64,000 bases of DNA. It comes from Octopus vulgaris. Its lineage: Eukaryota. The stretch lies in the NCBI GenBank assembly GCA_951406725.2, contig OX597824.1:2418001-2482000 (forward strand), given 5' to 3'. The notes beneath the pieces are model-generated. The model was not told where the DNA came from. It did not search any database and was given only the letters and a program-made list of their open reading frames with translations. Below, piece by piece: positions 27,339 to 42,235 of this stretch. Position 1 is the first letter of the stretch, and each line of letters starts with the position of its first letter. A program made the position numbers and the translations under genes.

Positions 27339-29633
27339 ATTTTGCCTTAATATCTGTATATTAATGTTTAATTATCAGATGTTTATCACGTGTTTATGCA
27401 TATTATTTTACAATGTGCATTTGTTAATGTTGTGCTGTGTTTCTTATTTTCATATCTAACTTGGAGGAACAAATTCATAGATCAACAGTTCCAGTAGTGA
27501 ACATCTCAGCATGTTTCGTGTGCCAAACTACATTTTCTGATATAAAGTACTTGTTATTTTTATAGAGTTGAAGATAATTTGGCTGCTACTTCTAGCAGGT
27601 CGAAGTTGTTTATCCTGTATATCTGCATAATTGTGTGTGTGTGTGTGAGTATTTGTTGGTGGATGTATGTTTGTGTGTGTTTGCGTTCATGTCATCATTT
27701 TCGTATATGAAATCTTCATTATCTCCAGTAAACTCCTAACTTAAGGGTCATAGATGGGGTTTAGAGGTGACTGGTCCCCTACTCTAATACCACCAATTCA
27801 TAAGTCTCGTTTATATCTACGTACTCGTTAGTATTGTGAGTGTGTTTATCCTTGCTTCACTTCTTGCGTTAAGATATTTTTAAATAAATACTTTGTTAAA
27901 ACTTCAGAAATTTGAAATCTTTCATGAGAAATTTATTATTTGTTTGACTTTTTGTTTAAAAATCAGTAAACGATAAAAACGAAATTAGAAAGAAAAACCA
28001 ATAAGAAGACCATCAACAAGAATATTTTGGAGAGGAAGCCATTATTTTTTCACCTCGTTAAATCTTTCAATGAGTGTTGTGATGTAGAATTCACGATTAT
28101 GACCGAGTGGCAAACGAATCAATGTTTTAAGCCATAAAATATTGTTATTAGCATTACATCTTGTCCACTAACATCATTTTTTTTTTGCCAGCAATTGTTT
28201 GTTTATTTATTTTTTTCCTTTCTTGAAAATCTTTTACTTTATTTTAAAAAGTAATCTTTTTATTGATTTTTGCGGATTTTCTTCTTCCTATTTACATGAA
28301 TGTATTTTTCTTTTCAGGCAACCGAATGACAAAAATATTAAAATTCTGAACAGAATGCCTTTTTTCCATTCACATAAAAGTGTTTATATTTCAAAGAAAA
28401 TCTTAGACCAATAATTGTTTGACTTTTCTCATCTTTGAGATCAATTAATTCATTACTAGTGATTGTTGTCAATGTTGTTGTAGCGGCTTGGCTCTCGATC
28501 AGCTCTGATCGAGTAGACACATCTTTGAAGCATAGTTTATATATATATAATCTGGAAACGCAAATACATAATGTAAGAGGTAAGTTCTCGTCCTTTTTCT
28601 ATTCGTTGCTGATGTTTTACTCTAATCAGGCGGACGTATGTTCATAATTATTCAAACCGTAAACGTTTTGTCTCTTTTGATATTCATTGGAACTCAAGGC
28701 CATATTATTGGATGTGCCATTTTTGAAAACAGGATTGATTTGAAGGAGATTTGACTGTTATATATATATATATCTTAAGAGAATGTCTATATATCTATAT
28801 TTGTATGTATATATGTGTATGTATATATTTATATGTGTATTTGTGCGTATGTATATAATTTATGAATGGGTACACATGTACATATTTATGGGAATATGTT
28901 TATGTATGTGTGTGTGTGTGTCTGCACAAACATGTATAAACATATTTCTTTGACGAGGACTTCCAGTGATGCTCCTGATTAATATCTAAACAGAAACGCT
29001 TCATCCAAATGTATTTTGGCATTATAAAATTTTGTCTGGCGATTTCACTAAATTCCTTTCATGTCTGTATATCATGTAAAGCTTTGCGATTCTTGACAGA
29101 AAACGAAACACGCGTAACATAGAATAAATACGAGCAAAAACATTTCCCTTTTCTTCTCTTTTTTAATAATATATTCAATATTTTGTTTTCTCTTTTTTCT
29201 GTAGTTTCAGCTCAGAGCTGCGGCCATGCTGATGCACCGCCGTCTATATTATCCATTTAGTTCGACGCACCCTGGTAGAATGGTTAGTATGCTTTGTAGC
29301 ATTTCGTCCGGCTTGAAATTCAGAGTTCAGATTTCCCCGAGGCTGAATCTGCGGTTCGTGGTAGATGAAAATAAGCACTGAAATCGATGTGATTGCTTCA
29401 CCAACTTCCTCAATATTCTAGTTCTTGCGCCGCTACTAGAAACGATTATACATTATAATCTATATAATGAAAGCGAGGAATCCGGAATATTAAGGACACC
29501 GTCATCTGTTCTTTGAAAGCAGTCCTTCAATTTTATGCTCCATTACTTTTATATACAATTTCACTTGAACACACACACATATAAACATACACATGTATGT
29601 GTATGTATGTATGTATGTATGTATGTATGTATG

Positions 29634-29666
<33 letters not shown>

Positions 29667-29816
29667 CTCTCTGTGTGTGTGTGTGTGTGTGTATCTCACT
29701 CTTTATATGCATACATGTTTTTGCGTTTACGAAGTGGTACGTTTTGACGTTCCCTGACCATATACATACGTATATATTTTGTCTGTATAAATATCACTGA
29801 AATACGAATGCGAATA

Positions 29817-29977
<161 letters not shown>

Positions 29978-30681
29978 CACACGTTTGTATGCGTGCTTGT
30001 GTCGATGTGCCTAACTATGTACACAGACACACATATAGATATATAGGTATTTATGCAACAATTTATGTTATGGATACACACAGAGACGCATGTATATATA
30101 CGCGTATACATATATATACATACATATACGCGCTTATATAGATACATATATTAGTAGTTACATACATACATAAATGCATGTGCATAAATGTGTATGCACA
30201 TATGTGCACTTGTGTCTGTCTCTCGTTGCATTAAACATGTTTGATGTGTTTACGCTACTGCTTTCCATTTGTTTGGCAAATGCAGAACCGATTGAAGAAG
30301 TACCAGACTTAAATTAGTAGAGATTCGATTTGATAAGACTGAAACGGTTCAAGGTCGTGCTCCAGAATGGCCTGACTCCAATGACGGAAACAATTTAAAA
30401 AAAATATATAGAATAAATAAATATAGGATTTGAGAAATTTGTTTAAAAGACTATCACAGAAATTGACTAATTAACAATCGACTGTGAATTATAATTATCA
30501 TTTGATTGCTAATTAGTTATCTTCTGCAACAGTTAATTATAATTAACAGCCGATTTTTAATTATGGGACTATAAATACAGCTTCGGTTATGGACAAATAA
30601 TGATTTGGCATCATATCCTCTTGTAACTTTTGATTGTAAACGGAAGTGATATTTTTTCCATGTTTCCACAGATTAAGGATC

Positions 30682-30870
30682 AGAGCTGGTGGAATCGGTA
30701 GCACGTTGGCAATATGCTTAGCGGGATATATTTGGGTCCTTAGGATCTGGGTTCGAATTCCAGCAAGGTCGACTTTGTCTTTCATACTATTTATGACCAA
30801 GAAAATAAAGTGCCGAAATAATCGTCTGGTTCCTTCCTACAACATTTCAGGCCTTGTGCCTATAGTAGAA
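30682..30870 (+). mobile_element. SINE family A, diverged
   Basis: GAGCTGGTGGAATCGGTAGCACG...GGTTCGAATTCC (B-box) AGCAAGGTCGACTTTGTCTTTCAT. Confidence 0.7.
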
Positions 30871-31020
30871 AGTATCATGCTTTTATAGTATGCCTGGGAG
30901 GGCTTAACACAAATACTGAAATTAGAAAACACAAAAAGACAATTATTAAATATAAACAAATCTATGCCAATCATTATTCATTATGTAAAATACACTTGTT
31001 TCCGCATCATAACTAATTAT

Positions 31021-31089
<69 letters not shown>

Positions 31090-31090
<1 letters not shown>

Positions 31091-31530
31091 AACTATGGTT
31101 GCAGAGCAAATAAATATAAGGTCATCCACGTAACATATCACATCTCGAACATTTAATCACATAATGCCTTTTTCTAAACGATGAACTTTTATCTTACCTT
31201 ATATATTATATATTTGTATGTTTCCTATATATATGTATTTTTATATATTTATATATTTATATATTTCTTTATATTTTTATATATTTATTATTCTAGATGT
31301 TATAATATTAAGATATATATTTTTTAGTCGCTAAAGTATTAATTATTAATCTTGATAGACTCTACTCACACATTTCTCTTATATGCTTGTACTGATGAGT
31401 TATGTTTCATCTTCCGTGATTTTATGCATCTATATTCTATGTGAAAGAAAAAGCATCATGTGATTAAATGTTCGAGATATGAAATGTTAGATGGATGACC
31501 TTATATTTGTTTGTTCTGCAACCATAGTTT
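31090..31530. repeat. Inverted repeat, ~85-bp arms (31090-31174 / 31447-31530), in a TA-flanked insert; CTGATGA at 31392
   Basis: AAACTATGGTTGCAGAGCAAA... / ...TTTGTTCTGCAACCATAGTTT. Confidence 0.9.
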
Positions 31531-31609
31531 AATATATTTGTCTCATTTACTTGAGCACTTCTATAGCAGTCCTATTAAACATTTTGTTCCTGATAAGAAA
31601 CAATCACTT

Positions 31610-31643
<34 letters not shown>

Positions 31644-31815
31644 TTCTAGGTAAGTTCCACCAGATAAATTTCTCCATAAGTAAATTCCACAACGGTATAT
31701 TCCACAACGGTATTCCACCATGGTAAATTCCACCCGCTAATAATCACCGTGATCAGTTTCTCTAGACCGTCGTTCAGTACCTATGTTATTTAATCTGTCT
31801 ATCTCTCAAGTCTTA

Positions 31816-31855
<40 letters not shown>

Positions 31856-32044
31856 GAATCATCTGAAGGTGAGATAGAAAATACTCTTTATAATCTACGT
31901 GAATTGAGATGGGATCACTTTAATGTACTCCCATCGAGCAAGAATCTATGAAAAAGGCTCATCACAAAATTTCAAAATTAATATAATTCGGAATAAAGAA
32001 AGAAAAAATTAAATTTTAGCACATATTTTATTATAACAAATCTT

Positions 32045-32423
32045 GGCACTCCGTCGGGTATGATAACGAGGGTTCCAGTTGATCCGATCAACAGAACAGC
32101 CTGCTCGTGAAATTAACGTGCAAGTGGCTGAGCGCTCCATTGACACGAGTACGCTTAACGTAGTTCTCGGGGAGATTCTGCGTGATAAAGAGTATGACAA
32201 GGCTGGCCCTTTGAAATACAAGTACAACAGAAACAGGAAGAAAGAGTGCGAGAAAGTTGTGGCGAAAGAATACAGCAGGGTTCGCCACCGCACCCTGACG
32301 GAGTCTCGTGGAGCTTTAGGTGTTTTTGCTCAATAAACGCTCACAACGCCCGGTCTGGGAATCGAAACCGCGATCCTATGACCGCGAGTCCGCTGCCCTA
32401 ACCACTGGGCCATTGTGCCTCCA
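32045..32423 (-). mobile_element. SINE family B, tail type 2
   Basis: Minus strand GGAGGCACAATGGCCCAGTGGTTAGGGCAGCGGACTCGCGGTC...; 3' end CCGACGGAGTGCCA. Confidence 0.9.
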
Positions 32424-32778
32424 CATTATAAGAATACGATAAAAAAAGTAGCAGCGAGTAACTTGTGAAGCAGAGTTAGGATGAGTAAGTTTAATTTATT
32501 TTTTAAAAGAAATTCTTAAGACAAATTGTGTGCAATACTTCTTAAAAATTGCAGAGCGTTTTCATTTTGATATTCCTGAACTAGCTTCTTCAGTCGTGCA
32601 TCAATAATTTGATAGGCCCATTTTCTTGTTGTTGAGTCTCCACGTCGAATGTGTGCAATTTTTGTCTGGCTTAATCCTTACTCATATTTAAGGACAGTGC
32701 ATAGTTTCCACAAATTTAGTGATGAGCAGAAAGCATTTTGGAACCTTTCTAAATGACTTAATAATAATAATAATAATG

Positions 32779-32895
<117 letters not shown>

Positions 32896-32917
32896 GTAAT
32901 AATAATAATAATAATAA

Positions 32918-33425
32918 ACTGATTGGAAGTGTTATCATGTACATTGTTTTGTCCTGGTATAAAAGATGGGCTACAGCAAATATTCTGCTCAATACCACAG
33001 ATTTGCTTGTCAGTTGTTTGACCTTAACCTGTTGAGCATGTCCCTTAGTGGCTGACAATATGTGCATCTCTGATCACGAGCAGAAGTAGTGGGGGAGCAT
33101 CATAGCCATGTGTTGAGAGGGATTCTTTGGGGTTTGAATAATTCACCTCTGGAAACATGGGTGGTTCTTTCAACATCCTTAAACAACCCTTATTCAGGGA
33201 CCTTTTGAGTGGGATGGGCTACTCAACCTGAAGAAAATTCTAACTGGGCCCCACCTGCAAGGTCATGTGCTGTTTATCTTGATATGAGATCCCCATGTCG
33301 CGCACATATGGTTGTGATGCATGTGCCTGGTGTACCCTTATCAGACGGGTAGTCATGATGGGTATATTGGGCTTCGTATATTTTACCCCAGTGCCACTTT
33401 GATTGCATGCACTGCTCTCTCACTC
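32918..33425 (+). mobile_element. 3' portion of a (TAA)n-inserted retroelement (Dong/R4-like 3'UTR or derived SINE)
   Basis: Bounded on both sides by (TAA)n; last ~110 bp nearly identical to 50193-50302. Confidence 0.65.
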
Positions 33426-33514
33426 AATAATAATAATAATAATAATGATTGATAACTTCACCTGTGGTGAATTTTACCTGGGCGAATTTTCCGTGGTGGA
33501 ATTTACCGGTCACC

Positions 33515-33553
<39 letters not shown>

Positions 33554-33642
33554 GATTAACAAATATACATATACATATACATACATATACATATATATAT
33601 ATATATATATACTAAGCAATTAAGGGTTTAGCAACGAATTGC

Positions 33643-33714
<72 letters not shown>

Positions 33715-35572
33715 GTATGTATATGTATATGTATATTTGTTAATCTACTTATCATAGTCCACTTATCATTGGTGCTACAGTAACATTATTAGCACATAAT
33801 ATACAACAGTTGACGCGTGTGCATGAGTTTTGGGGAAAACTTTCTCAGTTCGCTATCTGTGCAATTTATATCATATAATGAACTGCTGATCAAAAATTTG
33901 ATTATGTTTTTATTCCAAAAAGTTTACGAAAAGAACCCAGGGATTCCTTTTTGATGTTATCGCTGTTGTGTTTTTAGTTGGTGTTATTAGTGTTCTTGTT
34001 GAAGTTAATGTTGTTTAAACGTGGTTCAACCTTCATCGATTAAGCTATGGACAAAATGTTTCAAACGGCAATCATGCTATATCTTTCATATCGAAAACTT
34101 TATTAGTCAATTCATGTCATTCCATCTTTAAAACAGTGAATTGTGATTTTAGGGGTATTTTGAATGTGATATTAATGGCATGTCAAGCCCCCACGTGGAC
34201 GGCTCCACACTGGTTAATATTCGTAAATAATACAGTTCAAACTTCTAGTTCTTTCTGGAAAGTATAACGACCTACAGTTTTCATAGCAACAACGACGAAA
34301 GGTAAAAAAAACAACGGTTTTACGCTCGAAAGTCAATAACCAGTTATGAATCCTCTAACTGGAATTTTATACAACTCTCCTCTTCCTGAAATTGTCATTG
34401 AAAGTACCCATTCACAGACATCATACATCATTTACCACTGTAGATTCGAACTATTCGGAGTGACACTAAAATGTACTGATTTTTCTCATCTCATCTCTAT
34501 ATATAAAATCTGTTTAATATTAATACTTCGAGTTTGACGAATAGTCATTCAAATTGAACTCTTTACAAATATTCTTACTTTCTGAAGAACTTCATTTCAT
34601 TAAATATGAAAGAATTTCGACTTGTTATTTTATTTTTATTTTTTTATTTTATTTTATTTTTTTATTTTTTTTACTAATTACGAAAGCTTCAATAATATTT
34701 TTTTTTTATATATATATTCCCGCAGAACAAGATCACAGTAATTATCTATTTCCGGGCTTCGTTACCAACTGCAACATCTAAAACATATCACAGCGCAACT
34801 TTTATCTATCAATTTTCACTGATTATATCATTTCATTTTATTTACTTCATTTTAGGAGTTCATATATTTTAGATGTTTTTTTGTACTTCTCTAGTTTGGT
34901 TCTATGTCTATTTTTCTGAGTTTTTTTTTTCTTTCAGGATTTGAGATCAATAACGACAACGAATTAGACCAGATATTCGTGATCTGGCATAAATATATGG
35001 GTGATTTGGTGGAAATTTTCTGGATTTTTATATTGAAAGATGACTTAATGCTACTAAAGAAGAAGAATATAAAGAAAAGAATGTCAAATAGACGGAAATG
35101 CCAGCAGGAATGAATTTAACTCGCAAATCTGTTAACCGTCTTCTCTTTTATTTTCTTACTTTCTTATTTTTCCTTTGTTTTTATTTTTTACTTTTTTATT
35201 TTTACATCAAGAATAAATTGTCTAAAGCGTAAGACTTACAAAATGAGAATATTCCGATCCGTGACAAATTAACTGGTTTTCGCAAACAAAATAACATAGA
35301 GGCAATAAAACGAAATGTTGATATTCATCTACTTAACGCTGGTAATATATAAAAAGAGAATAAAAATTGACCGCTATCCAATATAATTTGGATAATTCTT
35401 GATTTCCAGCAGAATTTGTCTTAATGTGCTTCGCTCAATTCCGTAACATGCAACGTTCGAGTTTACTTCCAAACTCTGATACATTCAGTTTAATTTATTC
35501 AAAATTCTTTTCATTCTAGACAAAACGTTGGTACCTAAAAGAAAAAAAAATTGTACCAAGCACAACTTATTT

Positions 35573-35853
35573 GGTGGTGGTACATGGCCTAGTGATTAGA
35601 ACAACGGATTCGCGGTCGAGGGTTCGCGGTTTCAAAGCTCAGACCGGGCGATGTGTCTGTTTATGAAGGAAATACCCAAGCTCCACGCGGCTCCGGCAAG
35701 AGGTAATGCTTCTGCTGACTCCTTTGCCAGAACTTTCTTTCACTCTTTCCTCATGCATCGGCGTCCCATCAAAGTGGAGGAGCCTATTTGCCAATGAAAC
35801 CAGGGAACCGGCCCGTATGAGCCAGGAATGGCTCGAGAAGGAACAAAGAACAA
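35573..35853 (+). mobile_element. SINE family B, diverged, tail type 3
   Basis: CATGGCCTAGTGATTAGAACAACGGATTCGCGGTCG...AAGCTCCACGCGGCTCCGGCA; tail GAGCCAGGAATGGCTCGAGAAGGAACAAAG. Confidence 0.82.
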
Positions 35854-36256
35854 CTGATTGCATACTGGCAATGGTAAGCGCACCTTACTTAGGAGGAAGC
35901 TCAGCGAATCAGATCTTTTAATGCTGAGCTGAAGCTGAATGAAAAATACTCAAGGGGATCAATTTCACAGCAACTCTAAATACATATTTAAATTACGCTA
36001 CAAGAAATATTTCTCTGTTTTACAGTGTGTTGGGATTATAGTCGAATAATCCTAGAATAAGGCCGCCGCTGCGTCGTTGCTTCACCTGCTGGACCCGACA
36101 TCCAAATATACTTCAAATCTAATCTAGTCGACTTAAAGAAGAATGGAAACTTCTGACAATGCATTCTTTAGTATACAAAAATAATGCTCATTTGAATGTT
36201 TTTACCCATAAGCCACTTCGTTTAGGAAACCGAAATACCAGCAGCAACAACAGTAG

Positions 36257-36638
36257 TTGAGGCGCAATGACCTAATGGTTAGGGCAGCGGACTCGCGGTC
36301 GGAGGATCGCGGTTTCGATTCCCAGACCGGGCGTTGTGTGCGTTTATTGAGCGAAAATACCTCAAGCTCCACAAGGCTCCGGCAGGGGTGGTGGCGACCC
36401 CTGTTGTACTCTTTCGCCCCAACTTTCTCTCACTCTTTCTTCCTGTTTCTCGTCCCCGACTTCCTACGCAACCGCTGAGCCTGGATGCGCATTCATCCAT
36501 CCGTCGATGTTCTCGGTGTCGGGGGTTAACCTGCTTTCTCTTCTGCGGGTCTTACGAATAGCAAAGGACCACGTTTCGGACTTCTCCCATCTTGCGAGTT
36601 CTGGGACGAAGACCGTTCGCTCAACAGCAACAGCAGCA
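36257..36638 (+). mobile_element. SINE family B, tail type 4 ending in CAA/CAG repeats
   Basis: GAGGCGCAATGACCTAATGGTTAGGGCAGCGGACTCGCGGTC...GGTTTCGATTCCC. Confidence 0.9.
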
Positions 36639-37289
36639 AGAGCACTCATTTTTAAGAACCATGGAAGGTAGAGAACTAGACAACATTCCGGTGGAATCTA
36701 AACTCAGCGTGTATGGGGTTAAAAATTAATTCCTGTTGTATATATTTCGTCCAGTGATGTTCTGTCTCAACTTCGTCTGCTACTGAACTAAAATGAGCAT
36801 ATTAACTTCTTCCATTCATACGAATCTGAAATGTATGGATCCAGTATAGACCACGGAAACAAATTATGTACGTAGGCAAAATATATTCTGATAAAATGTG
36901 AATTCGAATCCATCAGAATTGATCTTAAAATATAAAATATCCAGTGTAAAATACTGCACTGTTTTTCGTCTAGAGTCCTACCGTTTAGCATACTTCTTTT
37001 ATTACATTTTTATGGTTTATTAATATTGATCTATACAATTCGGAAAAAGCCATTAAGCATATCAGAGATTCGTACCACTCTAGATTACAGGTACTTATTT
37101 TATCGTACCACTATAGATTACAGGTGGTACTTATTTTATCAGTCTCAGGGGACTTGATCACATAGAAACCTTTCGGAAAATAAACGCGTGATGTTAAGAC
37201 ATCCATTCCTTTTGTCCACTCTTCTAATTTATTATGATAGACATTTCTAATATTAGCACAAAGCTACGAATTTAGGGCATTGGTCTTAA

Positions 37290-37620
37290 TTCTGCGAGCT
37301 CTCCGAGGAACATGGAGTGACGACAGATCAGTATCCAGCACGGCAGTCAGCTTTTGTAATAATACTACCGCCAATCAAGCCATTATTCGCTAGTCATCCT
37401 CAATCTACCTTGCCTCCTAAGACGGAATCCCTTTGGTCTCTTCAGAGTTATACACAGTATATGACCAACCACCCTCCACTTTCTCGCATTTATATTTTTC
37501 TGTAAGCTCCCAAGCCCGGACCTATACATGTCTTCATTCGAGATGTTGTCGCGCCAAGATAATCTTTGTATGGTCAAAGGTCAATGCCTGTGGACCCCAT
37601 CAGTAATTCTAGACAGAGTA
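37290..37620 (-). pseudogene. RTE-clade LINE C-terminal fragment
   Basis: RLSWRDNISNEDMY...ARKWRVVGHIL matches the RTE 'ISW.D.ITN...LRW.GH' pattern. Confidence 0.65.
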
Positions 37621-39134
37621 TAGGGGAAAGAGTGGCGAAATTATAGGGTCGTTTAATGTGTCCGATTAAAGTGCATTACGGTATTTGTACCAAATATGTA
37701 TGAAATTTTAAATCCCAACAAGTTCGACTCTGCCATTCGTGCTTCCGGGGTCGATAACTAAATTCCAATCAAAACCTGGTTTCTAATCATTATTCTTTCT
37801 CACACTGTCCCTGGACTGGTTATAACAGACAAAATGGTGTATTGTAAACATCACAGAAACTATCTCTGCTATTGTCGTTGTAAACTAATTCACCAGCCGT
37901 CCCTTCGTCGACCGGTTGTTGCAAACATAGAAAATATGGAGCAATCAATTTAGAAAATCGATTGCTTTCTGGCCGGAGCTTATTTTATCATTCAAGCTGG
38001 ACGGAAATCATAGTTCGCCCTCGTTGGGTTTAAAATCTGAAATTAAAAATAAACATAGCTTACAATCACACAGCAATTTTATTTTTTTACTCTTCCACAT
38101 TCTCCCAATCCGCTGACTTTACCTAATATAATGATACGCTTTACAAATAAACTTTATTTCAGGAAGACATATAAATAAAGTTGAGTTTCATATTTATTGC
38201 CGTATAATTTTGTAAAATCTCACCATTTTGAAAAAAAGCAACTGAAGAGTGAAAAAACAAAAAGACAGAACAAAAGAGAGATCAAATTTTAATGTTCTTT
38301 AGAAGTCATTGAGAAATGTCTGATTTTATTTCGTATCTTCAAGAATTTCTGATTTATCATAACAGAAACCCAATCAATCAATCAGACAAATAAGCGAAAC
38401 GAAAATAGTGACAGATAAATTTTTTAGTGACTCAAAGTTTTGTGTAAGAGGTGACTAATAAGGACGGAACTGAATCCTGTGATTAAAGTATTCTTTGATT
38501 CAAGTTTTTCTTATCTTTCAATTGAATGAACATATTTCAAAGTTGTTGTTGCTTAGTCTCCTGTCAGCTTTGATTGAGTAGACTTCGCCGACATATACTC
38601 TAGCCGTGACCATGCTGCACTTTTTGTCATAGTTTATCTTGCATTACATTATTTAAAATATTTTCTTTAACATAAAATAGTGTTTTTTGTGAGAAATTTG
38701 GTTGTTATTTCTAGTAGATTTAGAGACCGCGTACAGGCCTCATCTTCTTTTAGTTTTTATCGAAGTGTCATTTATTTTGTAGTTAAATTTCTTTCCCAAA
38801 TCTTATAAATTGCAGCTTTGTGGAAAAGTTTGCCAATAGGAAGAGATTAGCTGTCTACATAGCACAGCATTCAACTGTAACACATTTTCCTTATCAATCA
38901 AGATACACAACACCTTTTGAAGTGAAAAGATTGGTTCAAAGATAACAAGAAAGACGTCTCCAAGATGTTCGCTTTCGTTCTACCTTCAACTTTATCTCGA
39001 CAATTAGGAGTATTCACAGCCGTACAACTACCATTTGCGACTTCTTATTTTATTTATATGTTTATATTATATACCTTTTAATTAAATATATATTCAAATC
39101 TTATATTTTTAAATCATATATCTTACATTTTTTA

Positions 39135-40970
39135 TGCATGAACGAGCTAGTCCGTGTCGGACGGCGGAATGATTTTTGATCACTTAAGAGAGCGTTTGGG
39201 TGTTGATTTGGTGTCTGGTACGAGATTACCTCATGGGAAAGTACAAGCTCTTTAATCTTGGTTGATAATCAGCCTAGGAGAAGGAAATCTCGAAAATAAA
39301 ACTTGAAACCTTGGAAGTTCCCGGTTTTGTCAATTTTCATGATATATCGTTGAAAGTTTTTCCTGTACCTATAGGCGGGAGTAGTTTCAATGCAAGCTAC
39401 ACCCACTGAAAATTATTCATCTGCACACGTACTTCTTGTACACCAAACCTTTAAAAATAATTGAATGTTGGGGCAGAAACCTAAAAATGCACTTGTAACT
39501 TACTCTAGAAGATATGAAAGCTAGTGTTGTTGTGGTCGTAGACTATCTGAATCTTTTACCGTGGAAGATGGAGTAAAGCAAGGAGGCCACGATGCACCCA
39601 CCCTCTTTGAAATATACTTTGCTGTTGTGCTGTCGCAGGATTTTCAAAACTCACAGGAGGGTATTTACATAAAATACTAAACAACAGGGAATGATTTTAA
39701 TCTGACCAGACGGAAATTCCAAACAAAGGTTTTTGCTTCACTCATTAGGGAACGCTAATTCGCTGATGATTGCGATCTTGTCAGTCATTCTGAAACAGGT
39801 CTGCAATCTCTTTATCTGCATTTGACTCAGTTTGTGATGATTTTGGCTTGACCATCAACTTGAAAAAAACCCAGCTGTAATGTATCAGCCTGCACGTGGT
39901 GCTGTTTGCAACCCCACTAAAAATTTTGATAAGGGTAAGTTACTTCAGGTTCTTGATTTCTCCATCTACTTTGGAAGCTCTGTACAAAGTGATGGAAATC
40001 TGCACACAGAAATATATCTGCGAATTCAAGCATTTGGTGGTTTGAGGTCACGCGTTTGGCGCTAACGACATATAAATCACAACACAAAATTGGCTCTTTA
40101 CAAATCGTTTGCTAATCCATCCCTGTTGTATTCTCTTGAAACATGGACGTGTTATGAAAGACAATTCCTCCAAAAATGCCTTTATCGCATTTTAAACATT
40201 AAATGGAGTTTGTTTTTTTTAAATCCAAGCACAGATGTTTTTATTGGGTTTGCAGGTATCACTTCAATTAAAGTAATGATTCTGAAAAACTAAATGAGAT
40301 GGTGTGGCCATATTGTTCGAATGGCGGATGAACGCACTCCCAAACAGCTGTTTTATGGTGAGATTGCAGGGTGGGGGGTATGCTATCAGTGAAAACTTTA
40401 AAAGGGGTTTAAATACGGCATAAGGACTAAAACGAAGTCAGGTGGAATGGATGCAGAGGACATAGAAACCCTTGCTTCGGATCGAGATGGATGGCGAACA
40501 AAAGTGTGCAGCGGAATGAAAGCTTTCGATGAGGCCAGGATAAAGCATACAAGACTCGAGAGAAATTTAAAGAAGAATGTTGCGATTGAGAAGGTGAATC
40601 ACAATGACCTTTTTATGCTCACAGTTTGTGACAGACCACGTGTTTCTTTTACTTAGTTCAAACCTCATTTGCGGACCCATGGAAAATGAACCTCTACCAA
40701 CTATTCTACCTATATATCTGTGCACACTTTCCAGTACTCTGTATGCCATAAGGTCTGCAAATCTAACGAAGGCTTCAAATGACATTTTAAGATCCACAAA
40801 GATCGGAACTTAATTGCATCTCTTGGTGATCCAAATCGGATTTGCAATCTATGTGGGTGTCTTTTCAATGCAATGACCAGTTTAAAAAACCATATCAGAC
40901 ACCATGATGGGTTTCATGTGTAAGTATAAGAAGGGGTCAGACACTGCATAAGGAGTTGATAATCACCTTA
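39135..40970 (+). pseudogene. Degenerate RTE-clade LINE (internally deleted): RT, C-terminus and C2H2 finger remnants
   Basis: GVKQG..APTLF near 39570; FADDCDL near 39760; LLYSLETW; WCGHIVRMADERTPKQLFYGE near 40300; CNLCG...HIRHH near 40845; many stops and frameshifts. Confidence 0.88.
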
Positions 40971-41014
40971 AATATATATATGTATATATGTATATATATA
41001 TATGTATATATATA

Positions 41015-41707
41015 TCTCTCTATATAAACGGCAGTTTGTCTGTGCGTTTTCTGTGTGTCTGTTTTCTCGTACCCTCACCCTGACCACGGCTTTCAACCGA
41101 TTCTGATGAAACTTGACACACACATAGCCCAATGTCATAATTCAAAACTAACGCAGCGAAAATTTTGAAAAGTTCCCCCAGTTCTGAAAAAAATCGATAA
41201 ATTCGACATGGGGTCGAGAATCAGAAACCCAAACCTATTTCTTTATTACCCACAAGGGGCTAAACACAGAGGGGACAAACAAGGACAGACATAGGTATTA
41301 AGTCGATTACATCGACCCCAGTGCGTAACTGGTACTTAATTTATCGACCCCGAAAGGATGAAAGGCAAAGTCGACCTCGGCGGAATTTGAACTCACAACG
41401 TAACGACAGACGAAATACCGCTACGCATTTCGCCCGGCGTGCTAACGTTTCTGCCAGCTCGCCGCCTTATCAGAAACCAAAACCACAGACCGTCTAGGGG
41501 ACGCAAAATCAGAAACCAAAATCAGACCAAAATCAGAAACCCAAACCACAGACCGTCTAGGGGACGCAACTCCACCTTTTTTAACTCTCAAAAAAATTTA
41601 CCATCATTTTTTTACCATTTTTTTGCTATTTTTTGGCTATAACTCTCTAAAAATGCTTTATAGTTATTTCCCTTACAAACCTGAGCAACGCCGGGCGATA
41701 CTGCTAG
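41015..41707 (+). mobile_element. Non-autonomous Helitron carrying a nested SINE
   Basis: 5' TC(TCTCTATATAAA) after A; subterminal hairpin CCTGAGC-AAC-GCCGGG at 41680-41695; 3' CTAG at 41704-41707 followed by T; no TSD. Confidence 0.8.
41236..41468 (-). mobile_element. SINE family A, full length, nested in the Helitron
   Basis: Same sequence as the 27107 copy; flanked by ATCAGAAACC(C/A)AAACC direct repeats. Confidence 0.92.
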
Positions 41708-41777
<70 letters not shown>

Positions 41778-41812
41778 CATATACAGGCTGTGTGTGTGTA
41801 CATGAACAAGAA

Positions 41813-42197
41813 TGATAGTGTTGTAAGAAGCTTGCTTCCTTCCCAGCTAAATGGTTCCGAGTTCAGTTTCTCTGTGGCATCCGAGGCACGGGTGTCTTCT
41901 AACTATACCTCTGGACTGACCAAGCTCATGTGAGTGGATATCGTAGACGAAAACTGAAAGTAGCCCATCGCATTGCTGTACTTAAGAAGATCTGCCCACC
42001 ATAAGAGAAATGAGATCCTAAAATGAAGGCGCTGCGTAAAAAGCATTGGTTTCAGAGATGGTGCCACGTATAAAGCAGCTAATACACTTACGAAGCGCAT
42101 CCAACCTTAGAAACCAACTCAAAGCACACTAGGAAATCTGGTGCGGCCCCTGACCTTGCCAGTTCCAAACCATGCCAGCATGGAAAACGGACGTTAA

Positions 42198-42235
<38 letters not shown>

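Noticed and set aside
36257-36332. tRNA-like sequence (also at 26029, 32350, 35573)
   Set aside because: SINE heads: no proper acceptor stem, and each continues into a shared SINE body
37071-37140. ~33-bp tandem duplication
   Set aside because: Two units only, overlapping a SINE remnant; not a CRISPR-like array
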